Shown: positions 9,804-19,525 of the stretch, piece after piece
Layout: the number at the start of each line of letters is the position of its first letter
How positions within the stretch are numbered: the stretch's first letter is position 1
NCBI GenBank assembly: GCA_050506795.1
Contig: JBJHCF010000030.1
Span: 6,145-65,736, forward strand
Direction: 5' to 3'
DNA length: 59,592 nt
Origin: Opitutia bacterium
GTDB taxonomy: Bacteria; Verrucomicrobiota; Verrucomicrobiia; Opitutales; T3Sed10-336
The notes under the pieces: model-generated
What the model saw: the letters and a program-made list of their open reading frames with translations, nothing else
The model's database searches: none
What the model was told of the DNA's origin: nothing
Program-made: the position numbers and the translations under genes

Positions 9804-11768
9804 GTGAAGAAGAGAACAAATAAGACCTGGAGCATCCAGAAATCCCAGGAACTGTATGGTTTCCAACGCTGGGGAAACGGCAACTTCTCCGTCGACGCCA
9901 CCGGCTGCGTGGAGGTTCGTCCGCTGGGCGACCAGCGGAGTATCCGCGTACTGGACGTCATCGAGGAAGCCCGCGGCAAGGGATTGCGCACGCCCCTGCT
10001 GATCCGGTTCCAGGATCTTCTCCGCCAGCGGGTTGAGCAGATCAACCATGCCTTCGCCACCGCCATCGCGGAGGAGAAGTACGACGGCACCTATCGCGGG
10101 GTTTTCCCCATCAAGGTCAACCAGATGCGCGAGGTGGTGGAGGAGATTATCGACGCCGGAGAGCCCTTCGGTTTCGGACTCGAAGCCGGCAGCAAACCCG
10201 AGTTGATGATCGCCCTGGCGATCCACAGCGACCCGAATTCCCTGCTCATCTGCAATGGCTACAAGGACGACGAATACATCCGCCTGGCCATGCTCGGCTC
10301 CAAGCTGGGCAAAAAAGTCATCATCGTCATCGAGCAGGTCTCGGAAATCGAACCCATCATCCGCCTCTCCCGGGAATTCGACACCGTCCCCACCATCGGC
10401 ATCCGGGTCAAACTCCTCAGCCAGGGCGAGGGCAAATGGGCGACCTCGACCGGAGATCAGTCCAAATTCGGGCTCAATACCTCGCAAATCCTGGGCGCCT
10501 GCCATCTTTTGCGTGAGGCCGGGATGGAGGAGGCGTTGCAACTCCTGCATTTCCACATCGGTTCCCAGGTCCCCAACATCATCACCATCAAGAACGCCGT
10601 GGTGGAAGCCGCCCGCTTTTATTGCCAGCTTTCCAAGCTCGGGTTCCCCATGGGCTACCTGGATGTCGGCGGCGGCCTGGGCATCGACTACGACGGCAGC
10701 CGCTCCAATTTCGATTCTTCCATGAATTATTCCATGGAGGAATATGCCCGCGATATCGTCTTCAATATTCGCGAAGTGTGCCGGACCTCCGATGTTCCGA
10801 CTCCGGACATTGTTTCCGAGAGCGGACGCGCTATCGTGGCGCCGCATTCCATGCTGGTGGTGGAGGTGTTCGACCGAATCAGCAAAATCGACGGCTTCAT
10901 CGCGCCAAAACCCGAAGGCAAACCCCACCCCATCATCAACGAACTGGAACACATTCTCAAAAGCAAACGCCGCTACAGCCAACTGGAGCGTTTCCACGAC
11001 GCGCTGCAGAAGAAGGAGGAGGCCTACTCCCTGTTCAATCACGGCTACCTCGACCTGGAAGACCGGGCGCAGGCGGAAAACCTCTTTTGGAGCATCTGCC
11101 GGGCCCTCGAGGAGGAAAAAAAAGAAAGCGCCTACCACCCGGAAGAGCTTTTCGAACTGCGCAAGATGCTGGCCGAACAATACGTCTGCAACTTTTCCGT
11201 TTTCCAGTCGCTGCTCGACCACTGGGCCTTCAACCAGCTTTTTCCCGTGGCTCCCCTGCACCGGCTCAAGGAAAAGCCGGACGTCAACGCCGTCCTGGTC
11301 GACATCACCTGTGACAGCGACGGCAAGATCTCGCATTTCATCGACCTGGAGGACGTCAAAGACTACCTCCCGCTGCACACTCTCAACGAAAAACCGTACT
11401 ACCTCGGAGTTTTTCTCACCGGCGCCTACCAGGATATCATGGGGGATCTGCACAACCTTTTCGGACGGGTGAACGAAGTGCACGTTTTCCTGGAGGACAA
11501 CGAGGAAGACGGTTATTACATCGAACAAACCATCCGCGGCAACCCGATCTCCGAAATCCTGGAACTGATCCAGTACAAGGAAAACGACCTCCTGCGCTCC
11601 ATGAAGCGCCAGATCGACCGCGCCACCAAAAAGAACCTGGTCAAACCGCGCCAGGGGACACGTCTGCTGGACTTTTACGAGGAGCTCATCGGCGGCAAGA
11701 CTTATCTCAATATCGTCCGGGAAGCCAAAAAGAAACCCGCCCGCCGCGCCGCCCGGAAAAAGACCTGA
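9804..11768 (+). CDS. speA: Biosynthetic arginine decarboxylase
   Basis: VFPIKVNQ, GLEAGSKPEL, LHFHIGSQ, DVGGGLGIDYDGS, DITCDSDG and GAYQDIMGDLHNLFG motifs. Confidence 0.95.
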   Translation: MKKRTNKTWSIQKSQELYGFQRWGNGNFSVDATGCVEVRPLGDQRSIRVLDVIEEARGKGLRTPLLIRFQDLLRQRVEQINHAFATAIAEEKYDGTYRGVFPIKVNQMREVVEEIIDAGEPFGFGLEAGSKPELMIALAIHSDPNSLLICNGYKDDEYIRLAMLGSKLGKKVIIVIEQVSEIEPIIRLSREFDTVPTIGIRVKLLSQGEGKWATSTGDQSKFGLNTSQILGACHLLREAGMEEALQLLHFHIGSQVPNIITIKNAVVEAARFYCQLSKLGFPMGYLDVGGGLGIDYDGSRSNFDSSMNYSMEEYARDIVFNIREVCRTSDVPTPDIVSESGRAIVAPHSMLVVEVFDRISKIDGFIAPKPEGKPHPIINELEHILKSKRRYSQLERFHDALQKKEEAYSLFNHGYLDLEDRAQAENLFWSICRALEEEKKESAYHPEELFELRKMLAEQYVCNFSVFQSLLDHWAFNQLFPVAPLHRLKEKPDVNAVLVDITCDSDGKISHFIDLEDVKDYLPLHTLNEKPYYLGVFLTGAYQDIMGDLHNLFGRVNEVHVFLEDNEEDGYYIEQTIRGNPISEILELIQYKENDLLRSMKRQIDRATKKNLVKPRQGTRLLDFYEELIGGKTYLNIVREAKKKPARRAARKKT

Positions 11769-11978
11769 ATCTCAAATTTCGGACTTCCGATCTGAACTGC
11801 TTTTCGTGCGGCTGCAAAAGCCATATGAAGAAGCCCGGCTCGCCTTACTGTCCGACTTATTCCGGCATTGCCATCCACAGCTTTCGTCCTATTATTAACA
11901 CATTCCTCACAATCAACCGGAACTTTCCGGCAAAGGTCCCGCCAAGGCCATTTGCCAGTTACCGATAACTCCCGTGTT

Positions 11979-13253
11979 ATGCACAACCTATTCACATTTC
12001 TCCGCACTTATTCCTCACTCGCCCTGTTCCAGCGCACCGCGACCGGATTCTGCCTGCTGGCCGCGTTGACGCTGACCCCGCCGTCCGCCTTGCAGGCTGA
12101 AGAGTCCGCCACCGAAACTCGCGAAGCCGAGGTGACAAAAGAGGACGACACCTGGACCGCCCGCATCGCCGGCGAACCGGTGTATTCCGGAGAAAACCTG
12201 ATCGATGCCGTCCAGGCCGCGGTCAACGGTCTTACCCCCGAACGGGACTGGAAGGAGACCGTACACGTGAAAGATTCCGGAACCGTCACCGATGAGGGCG
12301 CCGGCGAGGACATCATCGCCATTCACCTGGCTTCCTACACGGTGCTGGATTTTCACGGGAACACCATCGACGTGGTCGGTCGGCAAAACAACAGCATCAT
12401 TCCCGTGCGCGCCCAGGACGTACAGCACATCGAGGTCCGCAACCTGAAAGTCACCGGCAATCCCCGATTCGGCATTTTTATGAAAGGGTGCGAAGACGTC
12501 ACCATGGCCGATATTCACCTTTCCCTCGGCGAAACGGAACGCACCGATCAGCGCGGCGGCGCCGGCATCCGCACCGAAGGCGGCGACCGGCCCTGGAGCG
12601 GACACTGGAATCGCAACTACGTCCTGGACAATATTTTCGTGGAGGACACCCGCGGCCACGGAGTCGAGCTGTGGCGCACCGACGGCTTGCAGGTCACCAC
12701 TATAACGACCCGAAACACCGGGTACGCCGGCCTGCTCCTGAACCAGACCCGCAACGCCCGCATCGGGCTGGTCGAGGCCTACCGGGCCAATTACGGCGGC
12801 GGTTACGCCGGATTCCGGACCGCCAACGACGCCGGCCCCAACATCGAGGTCGACAAGGTCATTGCCATCGAGTGCGGCCGCGGTGTTTTCACCGTCTCCG
12901 GCAGCCACGGCATCACCATCCACGAAGTGGAAATCATCGGCTCCAGCGGCCACGGCATGCTGATCGAAGACACCGAGAATTTCACCGTCAACGGAGGCTC
13001 CATCACCGATACCGGCGCCGAAGGCGTGCGCATCACCTCCCGCCGGCTCGGACAGGGCCCGGGCAGCGACCACCACCCCGCCTCCAACGTCACCATTCAA
13101 AACCTGCGCATCTCCGGCTGCCCCTGGGGCATCCGCGAGACCCTTCCCCGCACCAACAACAACCGCATCGTGAACAACGACCTCCGCGGCAACCAAAACT
13201 GCATCGAAATCCAGGGCGAAGGCACGGTGGCGGAAAACAACCGCTGCGACTAG
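11979..13253 (+). CDS. Secreted right-handed parallel beta-helix protein (pectin-lyase-like fold)
   Basis: Signal-peptide-like N-terminus (…LLAALTLTPPSALQA) and repeated G-I-x-I / N-V-T-I-x-N beta-helix turns. Confidence 0.7.
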   Translation: MHNLFTFLRTYSSLALFQRTATGFCLLAALTLTPPSALQAEESATETREAEVTKEDDTWTARIAGEPVYSGENLIDAVQAAVNGLTPERDWKETVHVKDSGTVTDEGAGEDIIAIHLASYTVLDFHGNTIDVVGRQNNSIIPVRAQDVQHIEVRNLKVTGNPRFGIFMKGCEDVTMADIHLSLGETERTDQRGGAGIRTEGGDRPWSGHWNRNYVLDNIFVEDTRGHGVELWRTDGLQVTTITTRNTGYAGLLLNQTRNARIGLVEAYRANYGGGYAGFRTANDAGPNIEVDKVIAIECGRGVFTVSGSHGITIHEVEIIGSSGHGMLIEDTENFTVNGGSITDTGAEGVRITSRRLGQGPGSDHHPASNVTIQNLRISGCPWGIRETLPRTNNNRIVNNDLRGNQNCIEIQGEGTVAENNRCD

Positions 13254-13284
13254 CCCGTCGTTTCCCTTTCCCTTCAGCATTCTG

Positions 13285-13530
13285 ATGGTCAGGATCAATG
13301 TCAGTGAAGCCAAAGCCCACTTGGGCGACTACTTGAGGAAAGTCTCCGCCGGAGAGACCTTTGTGCTTTGCGAACGCAACCGCCCGGTAGCGGAATTGCG
13401 CGGCCTGCCGGACAACAACCGGGAAACACCGCTGAAGCTGGGCGTTCTGCGGGGAAAATTTGACGTTCCGGCCGACTTCGACGCTCCGATTCCGGAATTT
13501 GAAAAGCACTATTACGGAGAACAAGAGTGA
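13285..13530 (+). CDS. Phd/YefM-family antitoxin
   Basis: INVSEAKAHL…GE…RNRPVAEL and C-terminal VPADFDAP. Confidence 0.85.
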   Translation: MVRINVSEAKAHLGDYLRKVSAGETFVLCERNRPVAELRGLPDNNRETPLKLGVLRGKFDVPADFDAPIPEFEKHYYGEQE

Positions 13531-13625
13531 GGCAGATCCTCCTGGTCGCGCACGCCTTGCTTCACGGTTGGGAGATCGCCACCGTCGATTCCGAAATCCC
13601 GCGCTACCCGGTACGCACGCTCTGA
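13527..13625 (+). pseudogene. Internally deleted VapC/PIN toxin remnant (32 aa)
   Basis: GTGA overlap with the antitoxin stop. Reads MRQILLVAHALLHGWEIATVDSEIPRYPVRTL*, i.e. a PIN-like first strand fused to a PIN-like C-terminal tail. Confidence 0.7.
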
Positions 13626-13692
13626 TTCGCCCGCGGAGCAATACGATTCATCCGCCTTGCCCCGTCAGGCGGCGGGTGCTGTACTGCCGGGC

Positions 13693-14445
13693 ATGAAGTT
13701 GCTCTCCTGGAACGTGAACGGCCTGCGGGCCGCCCTGAAAAAGGGATTTGTCGATTTTGTGGACCAACAGGCCCCCGACATACTGGCCCTGCAGGAAATC
13801 AAGGCCGGCGCCGAGACGATCGAACTCCCTTTCAACCATTACCACGTGTACTGGAACCCCGCCGAGAAACCGGGCTACTCCGGTACCGCGCTGCTGACTC
13901 GCAACGAACCCGAAAACGTCACTTTGGGCATGGGTGTCGAGGCACACGACCGCGAAGGACGCCTCATCACCGCCGAGTTCGACGATTTTTTCCTGGTCAA
14001 TGTCTACGTGCCCAACGCCCAGCGTGGTCTCACGCGGCTGGATTACCGCACCAGAGAATGGGACACCGATTTCCGCGTCTTTCTGGAAAAACTGGCGAAA
14101 AAGAAACCAGTCGCCGTGTGCGGCGACTTCAACGTCGCCCACCGTGAAATCGACCTGGCCAATCCCAAAAGCAACGTCAAGAACGCCGGCTTCACCCCGG
14201 AGGAACGCGAGAGCTTTGACCGTCTGCTCGACGCCGGGTTCGTAGACACCTTCCGCGAATTCGAATCCGGCGGCGCCCACTACACCTGGTGGACCTACCG
14301 CTCCAACGCCCGCGCCCGCAACATCGGGTGGCGCATCGACTATTTTCTCATCTCCCCATCCCTCCGGCCCCGCCTTAAATCCGCCACCATCCTCCCCGAC
14401 GTCCACGGCTCCGACCACTGCCCCATCAGCATCGAACTCAAGTAG
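13693..14445 (+). CDS. xth: Exodeoxyribonuclease III (AP endonuclease)
   Basis: SWNVNGLRA, LQEIK, NVYVPN, GDFNVAH, YTWW, GWRIDY and GSDHCP motifs. Confidence 0.95.
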   Translation: MKLLSWNVNGLRAALKKGFVDFVDQQAPDILALQEIKAGAETIELPFNHYHVYWNPAEKPGYSGTALLTRNEPENVTLGMGVEAHDREGRLITAEFDDFFLVNVYVPNAQRGLTRLDYRTREWDTDFRVFLEKLAKKKPVAVCGDFNVAHREIDLANPKSNVKNAGFTPEERESFDRLLDAGFVDTFREFESGGAHYTWWTYRSNARARNIGWRIDYFLISPSLRPRLKSATILPDVHGSDHCPISIELK

Positions 14446-14625
14446 CCCCCCTTCCTCGCTCTCTCCATCCCTCCACCTCTCCATCCCTCCACCTCTCCAA
14501 CACTCCACCTCTCCAACACTCCTTTCCCCCCCACCCCTCGCCCCTCGCCCACTCGCCCACTCCCCCTCGCCCTCTCGCCCCCTTTTCCCTTTTGCATTCC
14601 CCCTTCCACCTCTTAACGTCCTCCC
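14446..14625. repeat. Pyrimidine-rich short-period tandem repeats
   Basis: (CTCCATCCCTCCACCT)x2, (CTCCAACACTCC)x2 and CTCGCCC(C/A) units between xth and folB. Confidence 0.75.
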
Positions 14626-14988
14626 ATGGACTTTATCCATATCAAGGACCTGAAATTCCACGGCCGTCACGGCGTGTTGCCGGAGGAGAACACTCTGGGT
14701 CAACACTTCCTGGTTTCGCTCATTCTGGAAACCGACCTGCAGCCCGCGGGAGAGTCCGACGACATCGAACGGGGCATCGATTACCGCCGTCTCGTCGCCG
14801 CCGCGCGAGAAGTGGTCGAGGGCCCGCCCGTCAAATTGCTGGAAACCCTGGCCGAACGGATCGCCGAAGGCATCCTCGACCGCTTTCCCGGCATCCACGC
14901 GGTCACCGTACAAACCGGCAAACCCACCCCGCCCATTCCCGAAACCTGCGGCGGCGTGTTTGTCAGAATTCGTCGCACCCGCCCATGA
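14626..14988 (+). CDS. folB: Dihydroneopterin aldolase
   Basis: FHGRHGVLPEENTLGQHF, IDY and LLETLAERIA motifs. Confidence 0.92.
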   Translation: MDFIHIKDLKFHGRHGVLPEENTLGQHFLVSLILETDLQPAGESDDIERGIDYRRLVAAAREVVEGPPVKLLETLAERIAEGILDRFPGIHAVTVQTGKPTPPIPETCGGVFVRIRRTRP

Positions 14989-15503
14989 GTTCCCCGGGCC
15001 AAGGAGTCACACCAATTCAGGCCCTCCTCGGTCTGGGCGCCAACCTGGGAAACCGCGACCACAACCTGAACACGGCCCTTCGCCTGCTGGATGCCAACGC
15101 CGGTATCCGCCTGCTCGCAGTCTCTTCGCGGTATGAAAGCGATCCGGTCGGTTACCTCGACCAACCCCGCTTCCTCAACCTCGTCGCCGGCATCGAAACC
15201 ACTCTGGATCCCGACGGATTGCTCGATGCCGTCCTCGACATCGAACGCCGCCTGGGACGTATCCGCACCTTTCCCAACGCCCCGCGAACCCTCGATATCG
15301 ATCTCCTGTTCTACGGCGACCAACCCCTCGAAACCGAACGCCTCACCCTACCCCACCCACGCTACGCCGAACGCGCCTTCGTGGTCGTCCCACTCGAAGA
15401 GGTCCTCGCCCAGGCCCCCTTCCAACTCCCGCAATGGGATCCCCTCCGCGCCGAACTCAAAACCAACCCCTCCCGCGAAGGCCTGCGAAAACCGGAAACC
15501 TAA
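14985..15503 (+). CDS. folK: 2-amino-4-hydroxy-6-hydroxymethyldihydropteridine diphosphokinase
   Basis: LGLGANLG, FLNLV, PRTLDIDLL and LPHPR..RAFV motifs. ATGA overlap with folB. Confidence 0.93.
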   Translation: MSSPGQGVTPIQALLGLGANLGNRDHNLNTALRLLDANAGIRLLAVSSRYESDPVGYLDQPRFLNLVAGIETTLDPDGLLDAVLDIERRLGRIRTFPNAPRTLDIDLLFYGDQPLETERLTLPHPRYAERAFVVVPLEEVLAQAPFQLPQWDPLRAELKTNPSREGLRKPET

Positions 15504-15540
15504 ATCCCAACCCGGTGGAACCGGTACCAATCAGGAGTCC

Positions 15541-15666
15541 CGTGGAGGGAGGCGCTCCCGCGCAGCCGCCGGAAGGTGTGCCTGAAGTGGTGGCCGTTGC
15601 GAAGGGCAGCGATCCCCACATCCGCTTTGGAGGCGGCCCCGGCCATGCGGGAACATGGCCCTCCAG
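15541..15666. repeat. REP-like palindromic element, family A copy 1
   Basis: CGTGGAGGGAGGCGCTCCCGCGC…GGCCATGCGGGAACATGGCCCTCCAG. The same ends occur at 44738-44824. Lies between convergent genes. Confidence 0.75.
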
Positions 15667-15764
15667 AAAATCTTGCGTGAAACGCGCAAGATTTCAGTAT
15701 CAATGGACTAATCTTTTTTCTACTTCTTCCTTCATCCTTTTTACTTTTAACCTTCTCCCTCTTC

Positions 15765-16226
15765 CTACCCTTCCACTTCCACCACGATCTGTAGTTCCAC
15801 CGCGGAGCCCAGCGGCAGGCCGTTGACCGCCACCGCGGCGCGGGCGTGTTTACCCTTGTCGCCAAACAGTTCGCCGATCAAATCGGAAGCGCCATTGATG
15901 ACCTTCGGGCTTTCCGTGAATCCGTCCACCGCGTACACGTATCCGTTCACCATGACAATCCGCCGGACCGCGGCCAGGTCACCCACCGCCGCCTTCAGGT
16001 TGGCCAGGGCATTCAACACACAAACCCGGGCCGCTTCGTAAGCCGACTCCACCGTCTGCTGCTCCCCGACCGGCCCGGAATGGGTTATCGCGCCGTCGCG
16101 CAACGCCAACACTCCCGACAAATAAACCAAATTGCCCGTTCGCACCGCCGGAACGTAATTCCCCGCCGGCGCCGGTGCTTCCGGCAATGCCAACCCCAGT
16201 TCCTTCAGTTTCGCTTCAATGCTCAT
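15765..16226 (-). CDS. RidA/YjgF superfamily protein
   Basis: PAPAGNYVP…GNLVYLSG…INGASDL…GKHARAAVAV.GLP motifs. Confidence 0.88.
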   Translation of the reverse strand: MSIEAKLKELGLALPEAPAPAGNYVPAVRTGNLVYLSGVLALRDGAITHSGPVGEQQTVESAYEAARVCVLNALANLKAAVGDLAAVRRIVMVNGYVYAVDGFTESPKVINGASDLIGELFGDKGKHARAAVAVNGLPLGSAVELQIVVEVEG

Positions 16227-16356
16227 GACCGTGAACCCTAACAAATTTCGGCCCCGCGCCAAGCCGCGAAATTCCGGTTCACCCCCATATCAACACCCGG
16301 CCGGCGCCCGCTCCTCACGCTTGCCGAACACGCACGAATTCAGTTAACGTGATGTC

Positions 16357-16680
16357 ATGACCGAGGAATCCATGCTGGTCGTTCACGTACAGATTTACGT
16401 GAAGCCCGAACATATCGACGCCTTCAAAAAGGCAACCATCGAAAACGCCCGTCAGAGCCTGCGGGAGCCGGGAGTCGCGCGTTTCGATGTCGCGCAACAA
16501 GCCGATGACCCGCGACGTTTCGTCCTGGTCGAGGTTTACCGGAGTCAGGACGCTCCGGCCGCCCACAAGGAGACTGCCCATTATAAAACCTGGCGCGACA
16601 CCGTGGCGCCGATGATGGAGGAACCGCGCACAAGCGTTAAATTCAGTCCGGTTTACCCGGATCGGGAGGGGTGGGGATGA
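16357..16680 (+). CDS. ABM-family monooxygenase (LsrG-like)
   Basis: EPGVARFDV…FVLVEVY…[14 protein letters not shown]. Confidence 0.85.
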   Translation: MTEESMLVVHVQIYVKPEHIDAFKKATIENARQSLREPGVARFDVAQQADDPRRFVLVEVYRSQDAPAAHKETAHYKTWRDTVAPMMEEPRTSVKFSPVYPDREGWG

Positions 16681-17831
16681 GGTTTAACTTCGCCACCGCC
16701 GGCCGGATTGTTTTCGGGCCCGGAAGCGTCCTCGAAGCCGCACCCCTGGCCCGAAGCTTCGGCCAACGCCCACTGGTGGTGACGGGTCGAAACCCGGCAC
16801 GGGCCGAAAGCCTCCTCGATCAACTAAAAGCCGAAAAGCTCAATCCCTCCGTCTTTTCCACGGAGGGCGAACCCACCGTCGCCGGCATCAACGAGGGCGT
16901 GGCGCTCGCTCGCAAAATCAAATCCGATTGCGTGCTCGGTTTCGGCGGCGGCAGCGCCATCGACGCCGGAAAAGCGATCGCGGCCATGGCGGCCAACCCC
17001 GGCGAACTCCTCGACTACATGGAGGTGATCGGTGCCGGCAAACCGTTGCCCCGCCGTTCCCTGCCCTACATCGCCATTCCCACGACCGCCGGCACCGGGG
17101 CCGAAGTCACTCGAAACTCCGTCATCGGCTCGCCGGAACACCGGGTCAAAGCCAGCTTGCGCAGCCCCCACATGCTGCCCAGTGTGGCCCTGGTCGATCC
17201 GGATACAACAAGTCACCTGCCGCCGGAGATCACGGCCGCAAGTGGCATGGACGCATTGACCCAACTGATCGAACCGCTGGTATCCGGCAAAGCCAATCCT
17301 CTGACCGACGCCCTTTGCCGCGAGGGCATTCCCCGCGTGGCCCGCTCCCTCCGCGCAGCCTTTGCCGACGGCGAATCGCCGTCCGCTCGCGAGGACATGG
17401 CCCTGGCCAGCCTCTTCGGCGGCCTCGCCCTCGCCAATTCGGGACTGGGCGCTGTCCACGGCTTCGCCGGTCCGCTCGGCGGGATGTTCCCCGCCCCACA
17501 CGGCGGCATCTGCGCCGCCCTGCTGCCCTTTGTCATGGAAGCTAACCTGCAAGCCCTTCGGACCCGCGCCCCGAACTCCCCGGCCGAAGACCGCTACGGG
17601 GAAGTCGCCCATCTGCTGACCGGCAACCCCGACGCCACTCCTGAAGACGGCGTCCTATGGGTCCATACCCTCGTGCGTGACTTACAGGTACCCCCGCTCC
17701 AATCCTACCAGGTCAACAAAAACGACCTCGATGAAGTCGTCGCCAAGGCTCTGAACGCCAGCAGCATGAAGGGCAACCCGATTGAGCTCACGGCGGACGA
17801 ACTGCACGGGATCCTGAAGAAGGCCCTTTGA
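16677..17831 (+). CDS. Iron-containing alcohol dehydrogenase
   Basis: [37 protein letters not shown] and HG motifs. Confidence 0.9.
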   Translation: MRFNFATAGRIVFGPGSVLEAAPLARSFGQRPLVVTGRNPARAESLLDQLKAEKLNPSVFSTEGEPTVAGINEGVALARKIKSDCVLGFGGGSAIDAGKAIAAMAANPGELLDYMEVIGAGKPLPRRSLPYIAIPTTAGTGAEVTRNSVIGSPEHRVKASLRSPHMLPSVALVDPDTTSHLPPEITAASGMDALTQLIEPLVSGKANPLTDALCREGIPRVARSLRAAFADGESPSAREDMALASLFGGLALANSGLGAVHGFAGPLGGMFPAPHGGICAALLPFVMEANLQALRTRAPNSPAEDRYGEVAHLLTGNPDATPEDGVLWVHTLVRDLQVPPLQSYQVNKNDLDEVVAKALNASSMKGNPIELTADELHGILKKAL

Positions 17832-17843
17832 AAGGGCTCCTGC

Positions 17844-19292
17844 CTAAAGTTTGTCCAGCTCCGTGCGCAGGAGTTGATCGACCACCTGGGGGTTGGCTTT
17901 TCCCCGGGTCGCTTTCATCACCTGGCCTTTGAGGAAGTTGATGGCGTTCTCTTTCCCTGCCTTGTAATCCTCCACCGACTTGGGATTGGCGGCGATAACT
18001 TCGTTGCAGATCCCGGTCAGCTCTCCGGTGTCACTGGACTGCTTCAAGCCCTTCTTTTCGACGATCTCCTCCGGGCGATCGCCGCTCTTGAACATGTCGA
18101 TAAACACGTCCTTGGCGATGTTGTTGGAAATGACCCCTTCCTTGACCAGCTTGACCAGTCCGGCAATGTGCTCCGGACGCAACTTACTGTCGTCGATCGC
18201 CATTCCGGCGGCGGAAAGGTCGCGCAGCAGATCGTTGGCGATCCAGTTGGCCACCGCCTTGGGTTCCCCGCATTGCTTGACCGCTTCCTCGAAGAAATTG
18301 GACAACTTGAGATCGGGCACCAGCACGGAGGTCACCGTGTAAGGCAGATCGAAATCGTCGAAATAACGCCTCTGGCGCTCGAAGGGAAGCTCGGGAACGG
18401 TGGCGCGAATCCTCTGCAGCCAGTCCTGGTCCACCCGCACCGGCATCAGGTCGGGATCCGGAAAATAACGATAGTCGTGCGCCATTTCCTTGGTGCGCAT
18501 CGGCGTGGCCGCGCCCGCGTCGGCGTCCCAGCGGCGCGTCTCCTGGATGACCTGCCCGCCCGATTGCACCACTTTGATCTGGCGCTTGATTTCGAAATCG
18601 ATCCCGTTGCGCACGCCGGAAATACTGTTGAGGTTCTTCAACTCGACCTTCACCCCAAGCGTATCCGCACCCTTGGGACGGATACTGATGTTGGCGTCAC
18701 AGCGAAGCTGCCCCTTCTCCATGTCACAGTCGGAGATCCCCCCCTGCACCATGATCTGTCGCAACGCCGTCAAATAGGCGTAGGCCTCGTCGCCCGAATG
18801 CATGTCGGGCTCGCTGACGATTTCCATGAGCGGCGTGCCGGCGCGGTTGTAGTCGACCAGGCTGTCGTTCTCAAAGTGGTTCAGCTTGCCGACATCCTCC
18901 TCCAGATGAATTCGGGTGAGTTGGATGAATTTGTGTTCGCCCATCACATTGCGCGATGGGCCGGGGAGTTCGATTTCCAATTGCCCGCCCAGGCAGATCG
19001 GTTGGTCGTACTGGGAGATTTGGTAATTCTTCGGGCTGTCGGGATAAAAGTAGTTTTTGCGGTCCCACTTGCACACCGGCGCGATCTCGCACCCCAGCAT
19101 CAGGCCGGCCTTGATGATCTGGTCGATGGCGTGCTTGTTCATGACCGGCAGGGTTCCCGGCAAGCCGAGCACCACCGGATCGGTCAGGGTATTTGGATCC
19201 TGACCGTAACCCGCGCCCACCCGGGCGAACATTTTCGATTCCGTCTTGATCTGAACGTGAACCTCAAGGCCGATAACCGCTTCGTATTCCAT
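17844..19292 (-). CDS. gatB: Asp/Glu-tRNA amidotransferase subunit B
   Basis: IGLEVHVQ, RKNYFYPD, DYNRAGTPLMEIV and YRYFPDPDL motifs. Confidence 0.96.
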   Translation of the reverse strand: MEYEAVIGLEVHVQIKTESKMFARVGAGYGQDPNTLTDPVVLGLPGTLPVMNKHAIDQIIKAGLMLGCEIAPVCKWDRKNYFYPDSPKNYQISQYDQPICLGGQLEIELPGPSRNVMGEHKFIQLTRIHLEEDVGKLNHFENDSLVDYNRAGTPLMEIVSEPDMHSGDEAYAYLTALRQIMVQGGISDCDMEKGQLRCDANISIRPKGADTLGVKVELKNLNSISGVRNGIDFEIKRQIKVVQSGGQVIQETRRWDADAGAATPMRTKEMAHDYRYFPDPDLMPVRVDQDWLQRIRATVPELPFERQRRYFDDFDLPYTVTSVLVPDLKLSNFFEEAVKQCGEPKAVANWIANDLLRDLSAAGMAIDDSKLRPEHIAGLVKLVKEGVISNNIAKDVFIDMFKSGDRPEEIVEKKGLKQSSDTGELTGICNEVIAANPKSVEDYKAGKENAINFLKGQVMKATRGKANPQVVDQLLRTELDKL

Positions 19293-19360
19293 GGATTTCA
19301 ATAAATCAGTTTTAATGCGTGGCCATGCCACAATACGTTTATCTTGAACTGCGCGCTCGA

Positions 19361-19498
19361 TTTAACCACAAAGATCACAAGGAACACAAAAGGATCCCTG
19401 AAGTTTTCCGGCCGACTCCGCGCCCCTCCGATAATCGGAAAAAAGCAATCAATAAACTCTCCCTTTCTCTGTGTTCTTTGTGCTCTCTGTGGTTGAAA
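19361..19498. repeat. Palindromic element with 9-nt periodic arms (family B)
   Basis: AACCACAAAGATCACAAGGAACACAAA … CTCTGTGTTCTTTGTGCTCTCTGTGGTT, between gatA and gatB. Confidence 0.8.
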
Positions 19499-19525
19499 AA
19501 TCCTTATCACAGGGGAGTTGCCCTT

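Noticed and set aside
13527..13625. Functional toxin
   Set aside because: Too short and lacks the N-terminal catalytic Asp and the PIN core.
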